NCBI GenBank assembly: GCA_965247095.1
Contig: OZ251997.1
Coordinates: 2,176,001-2,240,000, forward strand
Source of the DNA: Candidatus Multivorans sp.
Lineage (GTDB): Bacteria; Acidobacteriota; Thermoanaerobaculia; Multivoradales; Multivoraceae
Direction: 5' to 3'
DNA length: 64,000 nucleotides
The notes under the pieces were generated by a model. The model did not search any database. It was given only the letters and a program-made list of their open reading frames with translations, and was not told the origin of the DNA. This document shows positions 22,569 to 34,094 of the stretch, one piece after another; the first letter of the stretch is position 1; every line of letters begins with the position of its first letter. The position numbers and the translations under genes are program-made.

Positions 22569-25500
22569 TTATGGATCCCGGACCGCCAGCGTCACATCCA
22601 CCTCGCCGGCCCCAAGGTCCACCGAAGCGGCCCCCAGTTCGGCTCCGGTGCTCAACCCACGTCGGGGCTCGCCAACCACCAACCGGTAGGGCGCCCTGAA
22701 GAGACCGCTCATCGCAAAGGAACCGTCCTCGGCAGTCCGTGTCGTCCGCATCAGGCCATGGTGCCGCGCCGTCTCAGCCGGCACGTTGGCGGGCGCCGCC
22801 GAAACTTCGAGGTTCGCCGCAGGCACGCCCGTTGACTCCGAGATGAGCCTGCCGCGGAGCGAAGCGGTCAGGACATCGAAATCGAGCCGCTTCGCAGTCT
22901 CGCCTCGCACTCGGACCGTCTTGCTCTGACCCACCGCGGCCACCCTGACCTCCGCGCCTTTCTCCAGACCATCGACTGTGAACGCGCCCCGGTGATCGGT
23001 CCACACGGTCCAGGGCGCGGGCCGCTGCGCGTCAAAGACCAGGACCGCTTCGCCGGCCCACGGTCCGCCGTCGACGGTCACAAGGCCCTCTATCTTCCCG
23101 TCCTTCTCGCCGTCGAACGCGATCTCCACTTCGGTCACCGTCCCGGAGTCAAGCTCGACCGTTCGCCGCCGCTCGCGGCCCGACGACGAAACGGCGGCCA
23201 CCACAGTCACAGCGCCCGATCGCATGCCCGATCCTTCGAAGATGGCGCCGGCTTCCTGCCCGGCGCGCTGCAACGACCAGCGCCCGGCATGGACCTGAAG
23301 CTCATTCTCCTCAGCCAGTGTCAGACCAAGGACGTGAACCCGCAAGCCGGCGCGCTCCCGGTCGCGCACTGTCACCACGACATAGGGGCGATCGCCGGCT
23401 TCCACCACGATCTCCTCGGTCCCCAATCCCACTCCGCCATCAGGCCCTGGGTACACGACGACGCTCTGGCGGCCTGGGAAGACCTCCAACTCGAACCGGC
23501 CCTCTTCGTCGCTCACCGTGCTCGGACCGAAAGGACCCGGGTTGGCAGTCACCATCGTTTCGCCGAACGGACTGCCGTCCTCACGCTGTGCCCTGCCGCT
23601 AAGGACGACCGGCGTCAAGTCCACCACGACCTCATTGACTCCAGGCTCAAGTTGCAGCCAACGCTCGAGCACCCACGCCGACGCACTCGGAAGCCACACA
23701 TCGAGACGGGCGTCGCCGGCCGGAGCTTGAAGCACGAAACGGCCGGAGGCGTCGGCGTGCGCCTCCCTGCGCGCGACCTGGATGCGGGCCCCAACCACGG
23801 GCGCGCCATTCCTGACCACGACGCCCTCGACCGTGGCGCCGCCACGGCTGAGGGCGATCTCTATCGGCTGTCGAGGCCGCGCCTCCAAGCGGCGGTGGAC
23901 CGCCTCGTAGGCCCTGGCGTCCACGCGCAAGACGCCCGCTCGATCCGGAACGCCGCGCAGGACGAACTTACCGTCCGGCGCCGACTGCTGGAGCGCCGAC
24001 GCGCCGCCCCCTTCCGGCACGAAGCGCACGAGGGCCTCCTCGACACTCTCGCCGGTCGACTCGTCCGTCAGATGAACGTGCAGTTCCACGCCCGTTTCCA
24101 ACTCGATGTCAAACGGCGCAGCCGCGGACGCCTGGTCGATCCGAACTCGCGGTAGTTCCCTGTACACGTACCCGCCCGCCTGGACCCCGAGGTCCAGGAG
24201 ATCGCCGTCACTCAGACCGTCGATCTCGAAACGGCCCGTCTCGTCCGAAACGGTGGACGCCACCGGCCGAAGAGACCGACCGCCCGGTCCGCTTCGGCTC
24301 CGCTGGCTGCGCGCGAAGCTCAGCTCCGCGCCTGCGATCGGGCGTCCGCCCTCGTCCGTAACGACTCCACCGAGGGACAGCCCCGGCTCGACGATCACGT
24401 CGCCCACGTCGAGCGGCTCGCTGCCGGCGCTCTCGATCGCTCGCCAAGTCGGCGTGTAGCCTGGAGCGGAGACGACGAGCCACTGGTTGCGGCCCGGTCT
24501 GACATCGGCGAAGACAAAGGCACCCCGGTCGTCCGCTGCGACCAACTCCAGTACGCTTGCCCCGCCGGCAGGCCACGCGCGACTCGGCTCCCACCAGCAC
24601 TCGACGGCGCCGACGAGCAACCCGGCGCCCGGCTGGGCGGCGCTGCGAACGATCGCGGCTGATCCCCGGAGGCCCTCGCCGCGGGGCGAAACCACGCGGC
24701 CCGTCAAGCCGGTCGGTCTTGCCAGCTCAAGCGCTACCGGCGACTTCAAGGGATCCACTCGAAGACCCTGCGAGCGGAACCCAGTCGCCGACGCGGCGAA
24801 TCCGGCCTGCCGCCGTGACCCCGGCAAATGGACCACAAAGCCGCCCTGCTCCGTCGTACGCGCCTGCCTGCGCGCCCCGTCTGGATCGCCGGCTGAAACG
24901 AGCACTTCCGCGTCGGCGATCCCGACCCCGTCGCGGTCCACTACCGTGCCCTCAATCGACCGAAGCGGACTCAGCCCGGGATCGCTGGGGGGGTTCTCCC
25001 AATCGATGGACAGCGTCTCGTAGCCGAACGCCATCACCGTGGTCCTGACCGCATCCGGGTGCCGAACCACACGGAGGCTCTCGGCGCCGGACCCGGCGGC
25101 CACGAACTTCACGACGTCCGATCCCAGGAGTTGTCCGTTCGCGAACCAGTGAGCGATGTGGGCCGCCGCGCTGGAAGGAGCGCTGCCGGCGCGGCCGGAC
25201 CGGACGCGGACTTCGACCGCAGGCCCGGCGGCGACCGGCAGCGGCACCTCGTATCGGCCGGCTTCACGCACCCTGATCCCGATCTCCGCATGATCCGCAG
25301 TGACCACCGAGTAGGAAGCGCGACGCGCACGGCAGCGACCGAGGTCGTCGGTCATGCACTCCGGCCAACCGTCTTCGGCGACCAGCACCGCCGCGGTTAG
25401 CGGCTCTCCCCCACGCTCCAAGACCACATCCACCGGGGCGCCGGGCCGGAAGGGCAAACGCACCGCCACCTCTCGGCCCGGTTCGCACATGTACGTCATC

Positions 25501-26090
25501 GGCTCACGCCCGGGGGCACCCACGACCACTTTGGCTCGCCCTTGAGACGCATCGAACCTGTAGGTCCATGCCCTTGCACGCTCGAGCCGCACCCACGGCC
25601 TCCACCGCTCCCAGACCTTCGGCCCTCCGGACCGACGGTCAAGCGGCCTGCCGTCGACCCAGGCCAACGCCGGGGCCTCCAGCACTAGCCGGCACGCATG
25701 CCGCGACCGGATACCACTCGGCCGCAAGCGCATGTCGGTCTCCGGGCCGGTCAGTCCGAAACCGCCGAACCATCCGTCGCGCGTCCCGACCAGCAAGCGC
25801 CAAACACCCGGCTCCGGTGCTTCGAACGCGAACCCTCCGTTCGCCTGAACCTGAACCGGCGTCCCGGAGGGCGTTTCGAACGTCCCATCGGCCATTCCCG
25901 CCAATCGCTCGTACCGGGACAGTCTGGGCGCGAGCTGGAGGAGGACAGGCTGCGCCCCTGCTTCGCGCTCGATGACGCCCGAAACCCGCACTCCCGCAGC
26001 CTCCAGGTCTCCGGACGAAGAGAACAAGAGCAACACGAGCGCAGCACATCGCGCGGCATGGGCCTCCTGCGATCCGCCTCTCCCGCGCAT
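22569..26090 (-). CDS. Large secreted protein with multiple carboxypeptidase-regulatory-like (Cna-B/transthyretin-like) domains
   Basis: Repeated GxVxDxxGxPIxxAxV...TDxxGxF...V.APGY units and a signal peptide. Confidence 0.8.
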   Translation of the reverse strand: MRGRGGSQEAHAARCAALVLLLFSSSGDLEAAGVRVSGVIEREAGAQPVLLQLAPRLSRYERLAGMADGTFETPSGTPVQVQANGGFAFEAPEPGVWRLLVGTRDGWFGGFGLTGPETDMRLRPSGIRSRHACRLVLEAPALAWVDGRPLDRRSGGPKVWERWRPWVRLERARAWTYRFDASQGRAKVVVGAPGREPMTYMCEPGREVAVRLPFRPGAPVDVVLERGGEPLTAAVLVAEDGWPECMTDDLGRCRARRASYSVVTADHAEIGIRVREAGRYEVPLPVAAGPAVEVRVRSGRAGSAPSSAAAHIAHWFANGQLLGSDVVKFVAAGSGAESLRVVRHPDAVRTTVMAFGYETLSIDWENPPSDPGLSPLRSIEGTVVDRDGVGIADAEVLVSAGDPDGARRQARTTEQGGFVVHLPGSRRQAGFAASATGFRSQGLRVDPLKSPVALELARPTGLTGRVVSPRGEGLRGSAAIVRSAAQPGAGLLVGAVECWWEPSRAWPAGGASVLELVAADDRGAFVFADVRPGRNQWLVVSAPGYTPTWRAIESAGSEPLDVGDVIVEPGLSLGGVVTDEGGRPIAGAELSFARSQRSRSGPGGRSLRPVASTVSDETGRFEIDGLSDGDLLDLGVQAGGYVYRELPRVRIDQASAAAPFDIELETGVELHVHLTDESTGESVEEALVRFVPEGGGASALQQSAPDGKFVLRGVPDRAGVLRVDARAYEAVHRRLEARPRQPIEIALSRGGATVEGVVVRNGAPVVGARIQVARREAHADASGRFVLQAPAGDARLDVWLPSASAWVLERWLQLEPGVNEVVVDLTPVVLSGRAQREDGSPFGETMVTANPGPFGPSTVSDEEGRFELEVFPGRQSVVVYPGPDGGVGLGTEEIVVEAGDRPYVVVTVRDRERAGLRVHVLGLTLAEENELQVHAGRWSLQRAGQEAGAIFEGSGMRSGAVTVVAAVSSSGRERRRTVELDSGTVTEVEIAFDGEKDGKIEGLVTVDGGPWAGEAVLVFDAQRPAPWTVWTDHRGAFTVDGLEKGAEVRVAAVGQSKTVRVRGETAKRLDFDVLTASLRGRLISESTGVPAANLEVSAAPANVPAETARHHGLMRTTRTAEDGSFAMSGLFRAPYRLVVGEPRRGLSTGAELGAASVDLGAGEVDVTLAVRDP

Positions 26091-26254
26091 GTCCCTACCT
26101 CTGCTATGCAGTTGCGATGGTGTCTGCCCATCTGGGTCTGAAAGCGACTCGTCGACTCTATCGGTACCGCACTCACTGGGACGCGACCCCTGGACCGCCC
26201 GCATCGCTGGGCGGTGCTACGATCGCGCGCCGGATTCTGGGAGGAAACCAAGCC

Positions 26255-27235
26255 ATGCAGACACCCGTTCGAGTCGCCGTCACCGGGGCCGCCGGTCAGA
26301 TCGGCTATTCCCTGATCTTCCGTATCGCCGCCGGCGAGATGCTGGGGCCGGACCAGCCGGTGAGCCTTCATCTATTGGAGATCCCGCCGGCGATGGACAC
26401 CCTCGCGGGCGTGGTCATGGAGCTCCGCGACTCCGCCTATCCCCTCCTGCACGACATCGTGCCCAGTTCCGACGCTGCCGAGGCCTTCGACGGCGTGGAC
26501 ATCGCCATGCTGGTCGGCGCACGGCCGCGCGGACCGGGCATGGAGCGCAAGGATCTGCTGCAGGCGAACGCCCAGATCTTCTCGGTCCAGGGCAAGGCGC
26601 TCGACCAGGGCGCCAGCCGTGACGTGCGGGTGGTGGTCGTCGGCAACCCGGCCAACACGAATGCCCTGATCGCGGCCAGCAACGCACCGAGCCTCGACCG
26701 GAGGCAGTTCACCGCGATGACCCGGCTCGACCACAACCGGGCGATCAGCCAGCTCGCCGAGAAGACGGGCGCTCACACCACCCAGGTGCGCCGGATGACG
26801 ATCTGGGGCAACCATTCGGCGACCCAGTACCCGGACCTCACCCATGCCCTGGTCCACGGCAAGCCGGCGCCCGAACTGGTCGACGAAGCCTGGACGCGCG
26901 AGGAGTTCATTCCCACCGTCCAGCAGCGCGGCGCGGCGATCATCAAGGCCCGCGGCGCCTCGTCCGCGGCCTCTGCGGCGGCCGCGGCGATCGACCACAT
27001 CCGCACCTGGGTGCAGGGCACCGCCGACGGCGACTGGGTGAGCATGGCGATCCCCGCCGACGGCAGCTACGGGGCCAGGGAAGGCGTGGTCTACTCCTTC
27101 CCGGTCACCACGAGCGGCGGCGACTACCAGATCGTCCAGGGTCTTGACATCGACGAGTTCAGCCGCGGGCGGATGCAGGGGACCCAGGACGAGTTGTTCG
27201 AAGAGCGCGCCGGCGTCGAAGAACTCCTTCCGTAG
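26255..27235 (+). CDS. mdh: Malate dehydrogenase (type 2)
   Basis: [43 protein letters not shown] and WGNHS. GGAGG RBS. Confidence 0.97.
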   Translation: MQTPVRVAVTGAAGQIGYSLIFRIAAGEMLGPDQPVSLHLLEIPPAMDTLAGVVMELRDSAYPLLHDIVPSSDAAEAFDGVDIAMLVGARPRGPGMERKDLLQANAQIFSVQGKALDQGASRDVRVVVVGNPANTNALIAASNAPSLDRRQFTAMTRLDHNRAISQLAEKTGAHTTQVRRMTIWGNHSATQYPDLTHALVHGKPAPELVDEAWTREEFIPTVQQRGAAIIKARGASSAASAAAAAIDHIRTWVQGTADGDWVSMAIPADGSYGAREGVVYSFPVTTSGGDYQIVQGLDIDEFSRGRMQGTQDELFEERAGVEELLP

Positions 27236-27304
27236 GGAACTGCCCGGGGTGCGGCGCTATGCTGACGCCGCGTCCAGTTCCAATTGCCCAACACAGAGGA
27301 CACG

Positions 27305-27832
27305 ATGGACCAGACACTCCACGACCGTCTGAATGCACACCTCCAACTCGAGTTCGAGGCCGCCCACCGCTATTTGTCGATGGCGCTCTGGCTCGAGCGA
27401 ATCGATCTTCCCGGTTTCGGCGCCTGGCTGCGCGGTCAGTCCGCCGACGAGCTGAGTCACGCTCACCGAATCATCGACCACCTCGCCGACCGCGATCTGC
27501 TGGTCAGCATCCCCGCGATTCCGGCCCAGCCGACGGAATGGGAATCGCCCGAGGCCGCGGTCGCCGCGATCCTCGAGAGCGAGCAGCGGGTGACCAAGGC
27601 GATCGAGGACCTCTACGACCTCTCCGAGAGCCTCCACGACCGCGCCGCATCGATCATGCTCCAGTGGTTCATCAACGAGCAGGTCGAGGAGGAGAACGTC
27701 GCCCGCACCCTGCTCGGCAGGTTGCGGCTGATCAAGGGCGACGGCGTCGGTATGCTGATGATTGATCAGGAACTGGCCACGGGCACCGTGCCCGGCGCGA
27801 TGGCGGCAGCCGGCGCCAGCGGCGCCGAATGA
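27305..27832 (+). CDS. ftn: Non-heme ferritin
   Basis: LEFEAAHRYLSMA, DELSHA and LQWFINEQVEEE ferroxidase motifs. Confidence 0.88.
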   Translation: MDQTLHDRLNAHLQLEFEAAHRYLSMALWLERIDLPGFGAWLRGQSADELSHAHRIIDHLADRDLLVSIPAIPAQPTEWESPEAAVAAILESEQRVTKAIEDLYDLSESLHDRAASIMLQWFINEQVEEENVARTLLGRLRLIKGDGVGMLMIDQELATGTVPGAMAAAGASGAE

Positions 27833-27849
27833 ACTCGTTTCGGAGCGAA

Positions 27850-29460
27850 ATGACGTCAACAGACCAGGACTCGCAGAACCCCAACCCCCAGGCGCCCGGC
27901 CGGCGGTACTCCAACTACGTCCTGGGCGTCCTCGTCCTGGTCTACGTCTTCAACTTCATCGACCGCCAGATCCTATCGATCCTGGCGGAGGACATCCGCG
28001 CCGATCTGGGCATCGACGACGCCCAGCTCGGCTTCCTCTACGGCACCGCGTTCGCCGTCTTCTACGCCATCTTCGGCATTCCGATCGGCCGTCTGGCCGA
28101 CATGTGGACCCGCAAGAACCTGATCTCGATCGGCTTGGCCGCCTGGAGCCTGATGACGGCGCTGTCCGGGACCGCACGCGGTTTCACGTCACTCGCCGCC
28201 TACCGGATCGGCGTCGGAATCGGCGAATCGAGCGCCGGCCCAGCGGCGTTCTCCATGCTCGGGGACTACTACCCGCCGCGGCTGCGCGCCACGGTAACCG
28301 CCATCTACTCGAGCGGGGTCTACATCGGCTCCGGGGTCGGCATCTTGATCGGCGGCCAGATCGTCGACCGGTGGAACGCCGCGTACAGCGACGGCGGGGC
28401 GCCGTTCGGCCTTGTCGGCTGGCAGGTCGCCTTCTTCGCCGTCGGCCTTCCCGGACTCCTCATGGCGATCTGGGTGTGGACCCTGCGGGAGCCCATAAGG
28501 GGCCAGAGCGAGGGCATCGTCACTCCCCCGCATCCCGAACCGTTCAAGGAACTGGGCCGGGAGACAGCCGCCATTCTCCCGCCGCTGACCGTGTTCTCGC
28601 TGTACCGCAACGGCGGCCACCGCGCGGTCGGTTCGAATCTGCTGATCGCGCTCGGGTGCGCCGGCAGCTCCTTCCTCCTGATCCAGATCTTCGGCAGGCC
28701 GGCGCAGTGGATCGCACTCGCGATCGGCGCCTACGCCTTCCTCTCCTGGGTGCAGGGACTCCGGGTGAGGGACCGGCCGACTTTCGAACTGATCTACGGC
28801 ACCCGATCGATGATCTACGGCATGATCGGCTTCGGCTGGATCGCGTTCGTCGGCTACGGCGCAGGCTTCTGGGCGCCGACGTTCTTCCGGCGAGTTCACG
28901 AGCAGAGCGCCGGCCAGGCCGGCCTGGTTCTCGGTCTCACTGCCGCGGTCGCAGGCTGGCTTGGAGTAGCCGGCGGCGGCTACTTCTCCGACTGGATGAA
29001 ACGAAGAAGGGCGAACGCCCGCCCACTTTGCGGCGCCTTCGCCGCCCTGGGGTCGATACCGCTCGGCGCAGCCTTCCTACTCACCGACAACGTGACCACA
29101 GCCTACGTCTTCAACTTCCTCTTCACGATCACCTCGGCGTGCTGGATCGGTTCCGCCGTTGCGATGGCCAACGACCTCGTGCTGCCCAGGATGCGTGGGA
29201 CGGCCTCCGCGTTCTACATCCTCACGATGACCTTCGTCGGCCTCGCCCTGGGCCCGTTCCTGATGGGCTGGATGAGCGGTACGTTCGAGGCCGGCGGCGC
29301 CGACTCCGGCCATTCCCTGCAGCTCGCCATGCTGATCGGTCTCGGCGCCTACCTCATCGGCGCGGTGTTCTTCTGGCTTGCCGGCCGCACCGTGGCCAAG
29401 GACGAGGAGAGCCGAATCGAACGAGCCCAGGCTGCCGGCGAAGTCGTCGAAGCGGCCTGA
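27850..29460 (+). CDS. MFS transporter (spinster-like)
   Basis: NFIDRQILSIL, GRLADMWTRK and RIGVGIGES. More than 12 hydrophobic segments. Confidence 0.9.
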   Translation: MTSTDQDSQNPNPQAPGRRYSNYVLGVLVLVYVFNFIDRQILSILAEDIRADLGIDDAQLGFLYGTAFAVFYAIFGIPIGRLADMWTRKNLISIGLAAWSLMTALSGTARGFTSLAAYRIGVGIGESSAGPAAFSMLGDYYPPRLRATVTAIYSSGVYIGSGVGILIGGQIVDRWNAAYSDGGAPFGLVGWQVAFFAVGLPGLLMAIWVWTLREPIRGQSEGIVTPPHPEPFKELGRETAAILPPLTVFSLYRNGGHRAVGSNLLIALGCAGSSFLLIQIFGRPAQWIALAIGAYAFLSWVQGLRVRDRPTFELIYGTRSMIYGMIGFGWIAFVGYGAGFWAPTFFRRVHEQSAGQAGLVLGLTAAVAGWLGVAGGGYFSDWMKRRRANARPLCGAFAALGSIPLGAAFLLTDNVTTAYVFNFLFTITSACWIGSAVAMANDLVLPRMRGTASAFYILTMTFVGLALGPFLMGWMSGTFEAGGADSGHSLQLAMLIGLGAYLIGAVFFWLAGRTVAKDEESRIERAQAAGEVVEAA

Positions 29461-29481
29461 GGGGCAAGTAGCCAACCGCCT

Positions 29482-32400
29482 CTACGGCGCGCAACTCTCC
29501 GGAAACGCCTTCCCGTCCGTGATCGCCGGCGCCGGGTGACCCGGCTCGTTGCGGTACTCCTTCGCCGTTCCCGTCACGGTGTCCGTGACCCGGATCGAAT
29601 AGCCCAGGTCCGTCGTCGACGCCGCGTACACCCATACATGACCGTTCAGCGCACAACCGTCCAGCACCTTGATCAGGACTTCCCAGTTCTCCCGGTTGAA
29701 GAACCGGAACAGGCCCGAGTCGTTGGTCCCTGCATGAACCACGCTGCCGCTGCCGCTCTTGCCGTCACCGGTCCACCAGTCGACAACGACGGTGTGCCGC
29801 GAATCCTGAAGGCACAGAGTCTCCCCGTCCGGCTCGCAACTGCCCGCCGGATCGCTCGCCACCACCAGGAGGTCCCGGCTCGCCGCGGACTCCGCACCCA
29901 GGCCGGAAACCACGAGATCGACCCGGTAGAAACCCGGCGAAGACCACGAGTGCTCCGGATCGCGCTCGCTCGACCGGAATCCATCGCCGAAGTCCCAGCT
30001 CCTCCCGGCCACCGTACCGCTGCTCAGGTCGCGGAACGTCACCTCGACGCCGGTGCGAACAACACACAGATCCTCCCCGCAGTCAGCGTTCAGTTCGAAC
30101 TGCGCCGCCGGCACAGGCCCCGCCTCGACTTCGACCGTCTCCGTCGCCGCGGCGAACTCGCAGAACTGGTCGACGCAGTCGCCGCCGCGCGCGACCTCCA
30201 GCCGCACCGTGTACGAACCGGGCTCGACGTACGTGTGCGACGGCTGCGACATCGTGCTCGGATGCGCGATCATGGCGCCGTCGCCGAAGTCCCAACTGTA
30301 GCTCTCAGCACCGCTTGAAGCGCTGCCGTCGAACGGCACGGGCACTCCCGTCTCCACCATCGACGGCGCCGCGAAGTTGGCCGCCAGGGGATCGGCGTCT
30401 GATGGAGGCGATGGAGGCGGGGGAGGCGGAGGCGGTGGAGGAGGAGGTGGAGACGGTGGAGGAGGCGGTGGAGACGGTGGAGGAGGCGGTGGAGACGGTG
30501 GAGGAGGCGGAGGCGGTGGCGGGCTCGCGCAGGCGACGCCGTTTCCGCCCGAACCTGTCGCCGTGCGATTCGTCACTCCCGTCCCGTCGTTGAGCGCGGC
30601 CTTGCCGACAAGATCGCGAAGTGGACTCGCGTTGGGCGTGTAACCCACCCCAACCTGCTCACCCGGACCCACCGCCGCGGCGAGCGTCAAGGTCACGTTC
30701 GCGCCGCTGATATCGACCGCACTGGCGGAGGTGCATCGCTCACCGCCATCGATCTCAACGACGAAACCGCCGGAATCGCGGGCGGCTGGATCCAGGGCCT
30801 CGGTGAACTCTACGATAAGCGTTGCGCCGTCGACCGAGCCTCCACCCCGCATGTACGGCCTGATCCCATCCACCTTGTGGCCCGACTGGGTGGCCAGCTC
30901 CGGGTGCGGGACGTTGACAACCCGGTTCGTGCCGTCCTCGATCACACCGCCGTTGAGCGCGATCACGCCCGCCTCGACGCTCAGACCGTCTTCGTCTTCA
31001 TCGCCTATGGGCGGCGCCTCGCGGCCGAGCAGGCGGAGGATCGTCACGAAGAATGCATCTGCGCCCACGGCGACCGTGTAGCTGAAGGTCAGCGCCGCCG
31101 AGCCCGAACCGCCGGCATAGACGGCTTCATGGGGACGAGAGCCCACCGCCAGCAGGATCGATGGCGCGCCGTTCGTCGTGTCCACGGTCACGTCCCGGTC
31201 GAACGTCAGGATCGCGTCGATCGCATCGCCGCCGGCATAGGTGTCGTCCGCGCCCGGCGCCGAACCGATCGCCACCGTCCGGACATTCGCGGCGTCCGGG
31301 TCAATAACCGGAGGAGGCGGCGGTGGCGTGTTGTTCTCCACGTAGGAAGATCCCACCTCCAGCGCTTCGTTGCCGAGGAGATCCCGAATTGGCGTCGTGC
31401 CGGGCACATAGGAGACCCACACGCTGTCGTCGTGCTCGATCGGCGTGTCGAGCGTCAAGGTGACGGCAGTTCCTGTCACGTTGACATGGGTCACGACTCG
31501 AAAATCATCCACCCGTCCACCGTCTACCGAGAGGTCCGCCGGATCCGGGATCGAGGACTCGTCGAGCGCTTCGACGAAGGAGATCGTGAGCGTGTCGCCG
31601 CTGAGCTCCGAGCGGCCACGCATCGTCGGGCCGACACCGTCCACCTTGTGCCCGGACTGCACCGGAAGCTCTGGGTGAGCGAGGTCGGCGTTGTTGTCGG
31701 TCGCGTTCCGGATCGTGCCGCCGTTCAACGCGATGCGACCCGCCTCGACACTCAAGCCGTCGGCGTCCTCGTCGCCCACGGTCAATGACCTGTTGGAGTG
31801 ATTGTTCAGAAAGACCGCGGCAAGGGGCGGGTACCCCTCGGCCACCGTGTGACGGAAGGTCAACGTCGCGGCGCCCGAGCCCTCCTCGTAGCCGGCATGC
31901 CTTGCCAGATCACCAACCATCAGACGGAGGGACGGCCTGCCGCTCGTCGTATTCACAGTCACGTTGTCATCGAAGGTCACCGTCACGTCGATGTCATCGC
32001 CACCCGCGTAGATGCCGTCCGATCCCGGGGTCGATCCGATCGCCATCCCGGTGACACTCGGTCCAAGAGGGTCAGGGGCCGGCTCAGGCGCCGCTGGCGT
32101 TTCGTTTGTCACCGCTGTGCCGGGAATCAAGAACGCCGCGTTGCCTGCCAGATCCCTCAGGGATGTCGAGTAGGCCACGGCGATCGATACTCCGTCTCCG
32201 TGGCTCACGGCGGGGTCGAGCGTCAGACTCACCGCGTTCCCAGCCAGCGCGACATCCGACACCGTGCGGTCATTGCCTCCGACCGTCACCGTGAAGACAC
32301 TCGCAGCCGGCGATACGGTGGAATCGAACTCTTCGCGGTAGACGAGCGTCAGCGCGGCGCCGTTCACCACCGGATCGAGCAGCAGACCAGGGCTGACGGA

Positions 32401-32976
32401 GTCCACTTTGTGACCGGACTGGGCCGGCAGTGCCGAGTACGCGAGATCGGCATCCTCGTTCAGGACGTTCCTGATCGTGCCTCCGTTCAGCGCAATCGTG
32501 CCGCCCTCGATACTCACGCCGTCGGTGTCCTCGTCGCCTGTCGTTTTGCTCAGGCCGAGATTGCCAGAGACGAGACGCGCCACATCCGGTGGATCGGAGG
32601 CCCATCTCAACCGATGCCCGAACACCAGCGCCGCCGTTCCGGAACCCCGGTCGTACTCCGCCAAGCGCGTCTCATCGCCCACCGTCAAGGCGATCGACGG
32701 TGTGCCGTCGTCGACGTTCACCGTCACGGTTTCATCGAACGTGACCGTCACCTCGATCACGTCGTGGCGCGTGTAGTAGCCGTCCGCCCCCGGATCCGAC
32801 GTGATCGCGATGCTGTTGACGCTTGCCGCTTGAGCGACTGCCTGGGGCTCCGGGCGGCGACCGTTCACTTGGCTGGACTGAGCTACTGCCTGTCCCTGCA
32901 TGAGGCAAATCGCCAGAGCGGCGAGCACGGCAGGACCCAGCATCCCCCCTCCGGTTCGCTTGCTCCACTTCCGCAT
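29482..32976 (-). CDS. Large surface protein: 3x (Ig-like + SwmB-like) repeats, poly-Pro linker, 2 PKD domains, C-terminal shared four-Cys domain
   Basis: Signal peptide; three ~255-aa tandem units each containing SGHKVD; PKD motifs YSWDFGDG and RSWDFGDG; terminal FFNRENWEVLIKVLDGCALNGHVW. Confidence 0.82.
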   Translation of the reverse strand: MRKWSKRTGGGMLGPAVLAALAICLMQGQAVAQSSQVNGRRPEPQAVAQAASVNSIAITSDPGADGYYTRHDVIEVTVTFDETVTVNVDDGTPSIALTVGDETRLAEYDRGSGTAALVFGHRLRWASDPPDVARLVSGNLGLSKTTGDEDTDGVSIEGGTIALNGGTIRNVLNEDADLAYSALPAQSGHKVDSVSPGLLLDPVVNGAALTLVYREEFDSTVSPAASVFTVTVGGNDRTVSDVALAGNAVSLTLDPAVSHGDGVSIAVAYSTSLRDLAGNAAFLIPGTAVTNETPAAPEPAPDPLGPSVTGMAIGSTPGSDGIYAGGDDIDVTVTFDDNVTVNTTSGRPSLRLMVGDLARHAGYEEGSGAATLTFRHTVAEGYPPLAAVFLNNHSNRSLTVGDEDADGLSVEAGRIALNGGTIRNATDNNADLAHPELPVQSGHKVDGVGPTMRGRSELSGDTLTISFVEALDESSIPDPADLSVDGGRVDDFRVVTHVNVTGTAVTLTLDTPIEHDDSVWVSYVPGTTPIRDLLGNEALEVGSSYVENNTPPPPPPVIDPDAANVRTVAIGSAPGADDTYAGGDAIDAILTFDRDVTVDTTNGAPSILLAVGSRPHEAVYAGGSGSAALTFSYTVAVGADAFFVTILRLLGREAPPIGDEDEDGLSVEAGVIALNGGVIEDGTNRVVNVPHPELATQSGHKVDGIRPYMRGGGSVDGATLIVEFTEALDPAARDSGGFVVEIDGGERCTSASAVDISGANVTLTLAAAVGPGEQVGVGYTPNASPLRDLVGKAALNDGTGVTNRTATGSGGNGVACASPPPPPPPPPSPPPPPPSPPPPPPSPPPPPPPPPPPPPSPPSDADPLAANFAAPSMVETGVPVPFDGSASSGAESYSWDFGDGAMIAHPSTMSQPSHTYVEPGSYTVRLEVARGGDCVDQFCEFAAATETVEVEAGPVPAAQFELNADCGEDLCVVRTGVEVTFRDLSSGTVAGRSWDFGDGFRSSERDPEHSWSSPGFYRVDLVVSGLGAESAASRDLLVVASDPAGSCEPDGETLCLQDSRHTVVVDWWTGDGKSGSGSVVHAGTNDSGLFRFFNRENWEVLIKVLDGCALNGHVWVYAASTTDLGYSIRVTDTVTGTAKEYRNEPGHPAPAITDGKAFPESCAP
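30413..30522 (-). repeat. Coding poly-proline/Ser low-complexity repeat (SPPPPPP)n
   Basis: Tandem GGAGGCGGT/GGAGACGGT units on the + strand, encoding the proline linker. Confidence 0.9.
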
Positions 32977-33035
32977 CGGCCGCCGCGTCGTGGCAAAGGC
33001 ACCGTACCACGCACCTGCGAGTCGCTCTGCGCCAG

Positions 33036-34094
33036 CTACCGGTTCGGGCCGCGTTCCATCGGCACCGGCTGCCAGCGTTCGAGTTCCACCCTGGGCAGCA
33101 CCGTGGGGTTGACGCAACTCATCGGCCAGCGGCCGGAGAGCGCCAGGGCCACCTCGCGGCCGACACGACGACGCGTCTCCGGACGCATGCGGGTCGTGGC
33201 CGAGGCGACGTGGGGCGTCAGGATCACGTTATCCATCGCCAGCAGCGGGTTGTCCTTGGCCGGAGGTTCCCTCTCCAGCACGTCGAGTGCCGCGGCGGCA
33301 ATCTGCTTCGTCTCGAGCGCCTCGATCAGAGCCCCCTCGTCGACCGTCGGCCCGCGGCCGGCGTTGATCACGACGGCGGTCTCCTTCATCGCCTCGAACT
33401 GGGGGCCCGAGAGCATGTGCCGGGTCTCATGGTTGAGCGGTGGGTGCATCGACAGGTAGTCGGACCGTTCCAGCAGCTCGCCGAAGCCGACCGGCTCGAC
33501 GCCTTCGCCGGTCATCTTCAACTCGCTGACGTAGGGGTCGTGGGCGATCACGTGCATACCGAAGGGCCTGGCGCGGCGGGCGACCGCCCGCGCCACGTTG
33601 CCGAACGAGATCAGGCCGAGCGTCTGTCCCCACAGCCGCGGCACGTCGTTCAGCAGAGGCCGGCCCTGGAACCAGTCGCCGCGCCTGACCATGGAGTCCA
33701 TTTCGCGCATCCGTCGCGCACCGGCGAGCAGCAGGGCCATCGTGTGGTCGGCGACCTCCTCGATGAACACATCGGGCACGTTCGTGACGACGATGCCCGC
33801 TTCGGTCGCGGCCTCGACGTCGACCATGTCGACCCCGACACTGCCGACACCGATGACGATGCACTCGTCCAGCCCCGCGATCACCGACCGGGAAATGCGA
33901 AAGCCCCACGACGTGATGACGGCAGCCGCATCGGAGGCCTCGGCCAGGAACTCCTCTTCCGTCTTCGCCGCGACCTCGACCAGCTCCGCCACCGGCAGCA
34001 GAGCCTCCAGCTCGAAGTGGTACCGCGTCTCGACCGACGCCGCCTTGGCGATGCCGGACAGTTGGACGACGACCTTCTGCTTCTTCACGATCAA
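33036..34094 (-). CDS. D-2-hydroxyacid dehydrogenase (CtBP-like)
   Basis: VGVDMVDV, TNVPD..EEVADH, INAGRG, LDVLEREP and LTPHVA. TTG start coupled (TTGA). Confidence 0.88.
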   Translation of the reverse strand: MIVKKQKVVVQLSGIAKAASVETRYHFELEALLPVAELVEVAAKTEEEFLAEASDAAAVITSWGFRISRSVIAGLDECIVIGVGSVGVDMVDVEAATEAGIVVTNVPDVFIEEVADHTMALLLAGARRMREMDSMVRRGDWFQGRPLLNDVPRLWGQTLGLISFGNVARAVARRARPFGMHVIAHDPYVSELKMTGEGVEPVGFGELLERSDYLSMHPPLNHETRHMLSGPQFEAMKETAVVINAGRGPTVDEGALIEALETKQIAAAALDVLEREPPAKDNPLLAMDNVILTPHVASATTRMRPETRRRVGREVALALSGRWPMSCVNPTVLPRVELERWQPVPMERGPNR

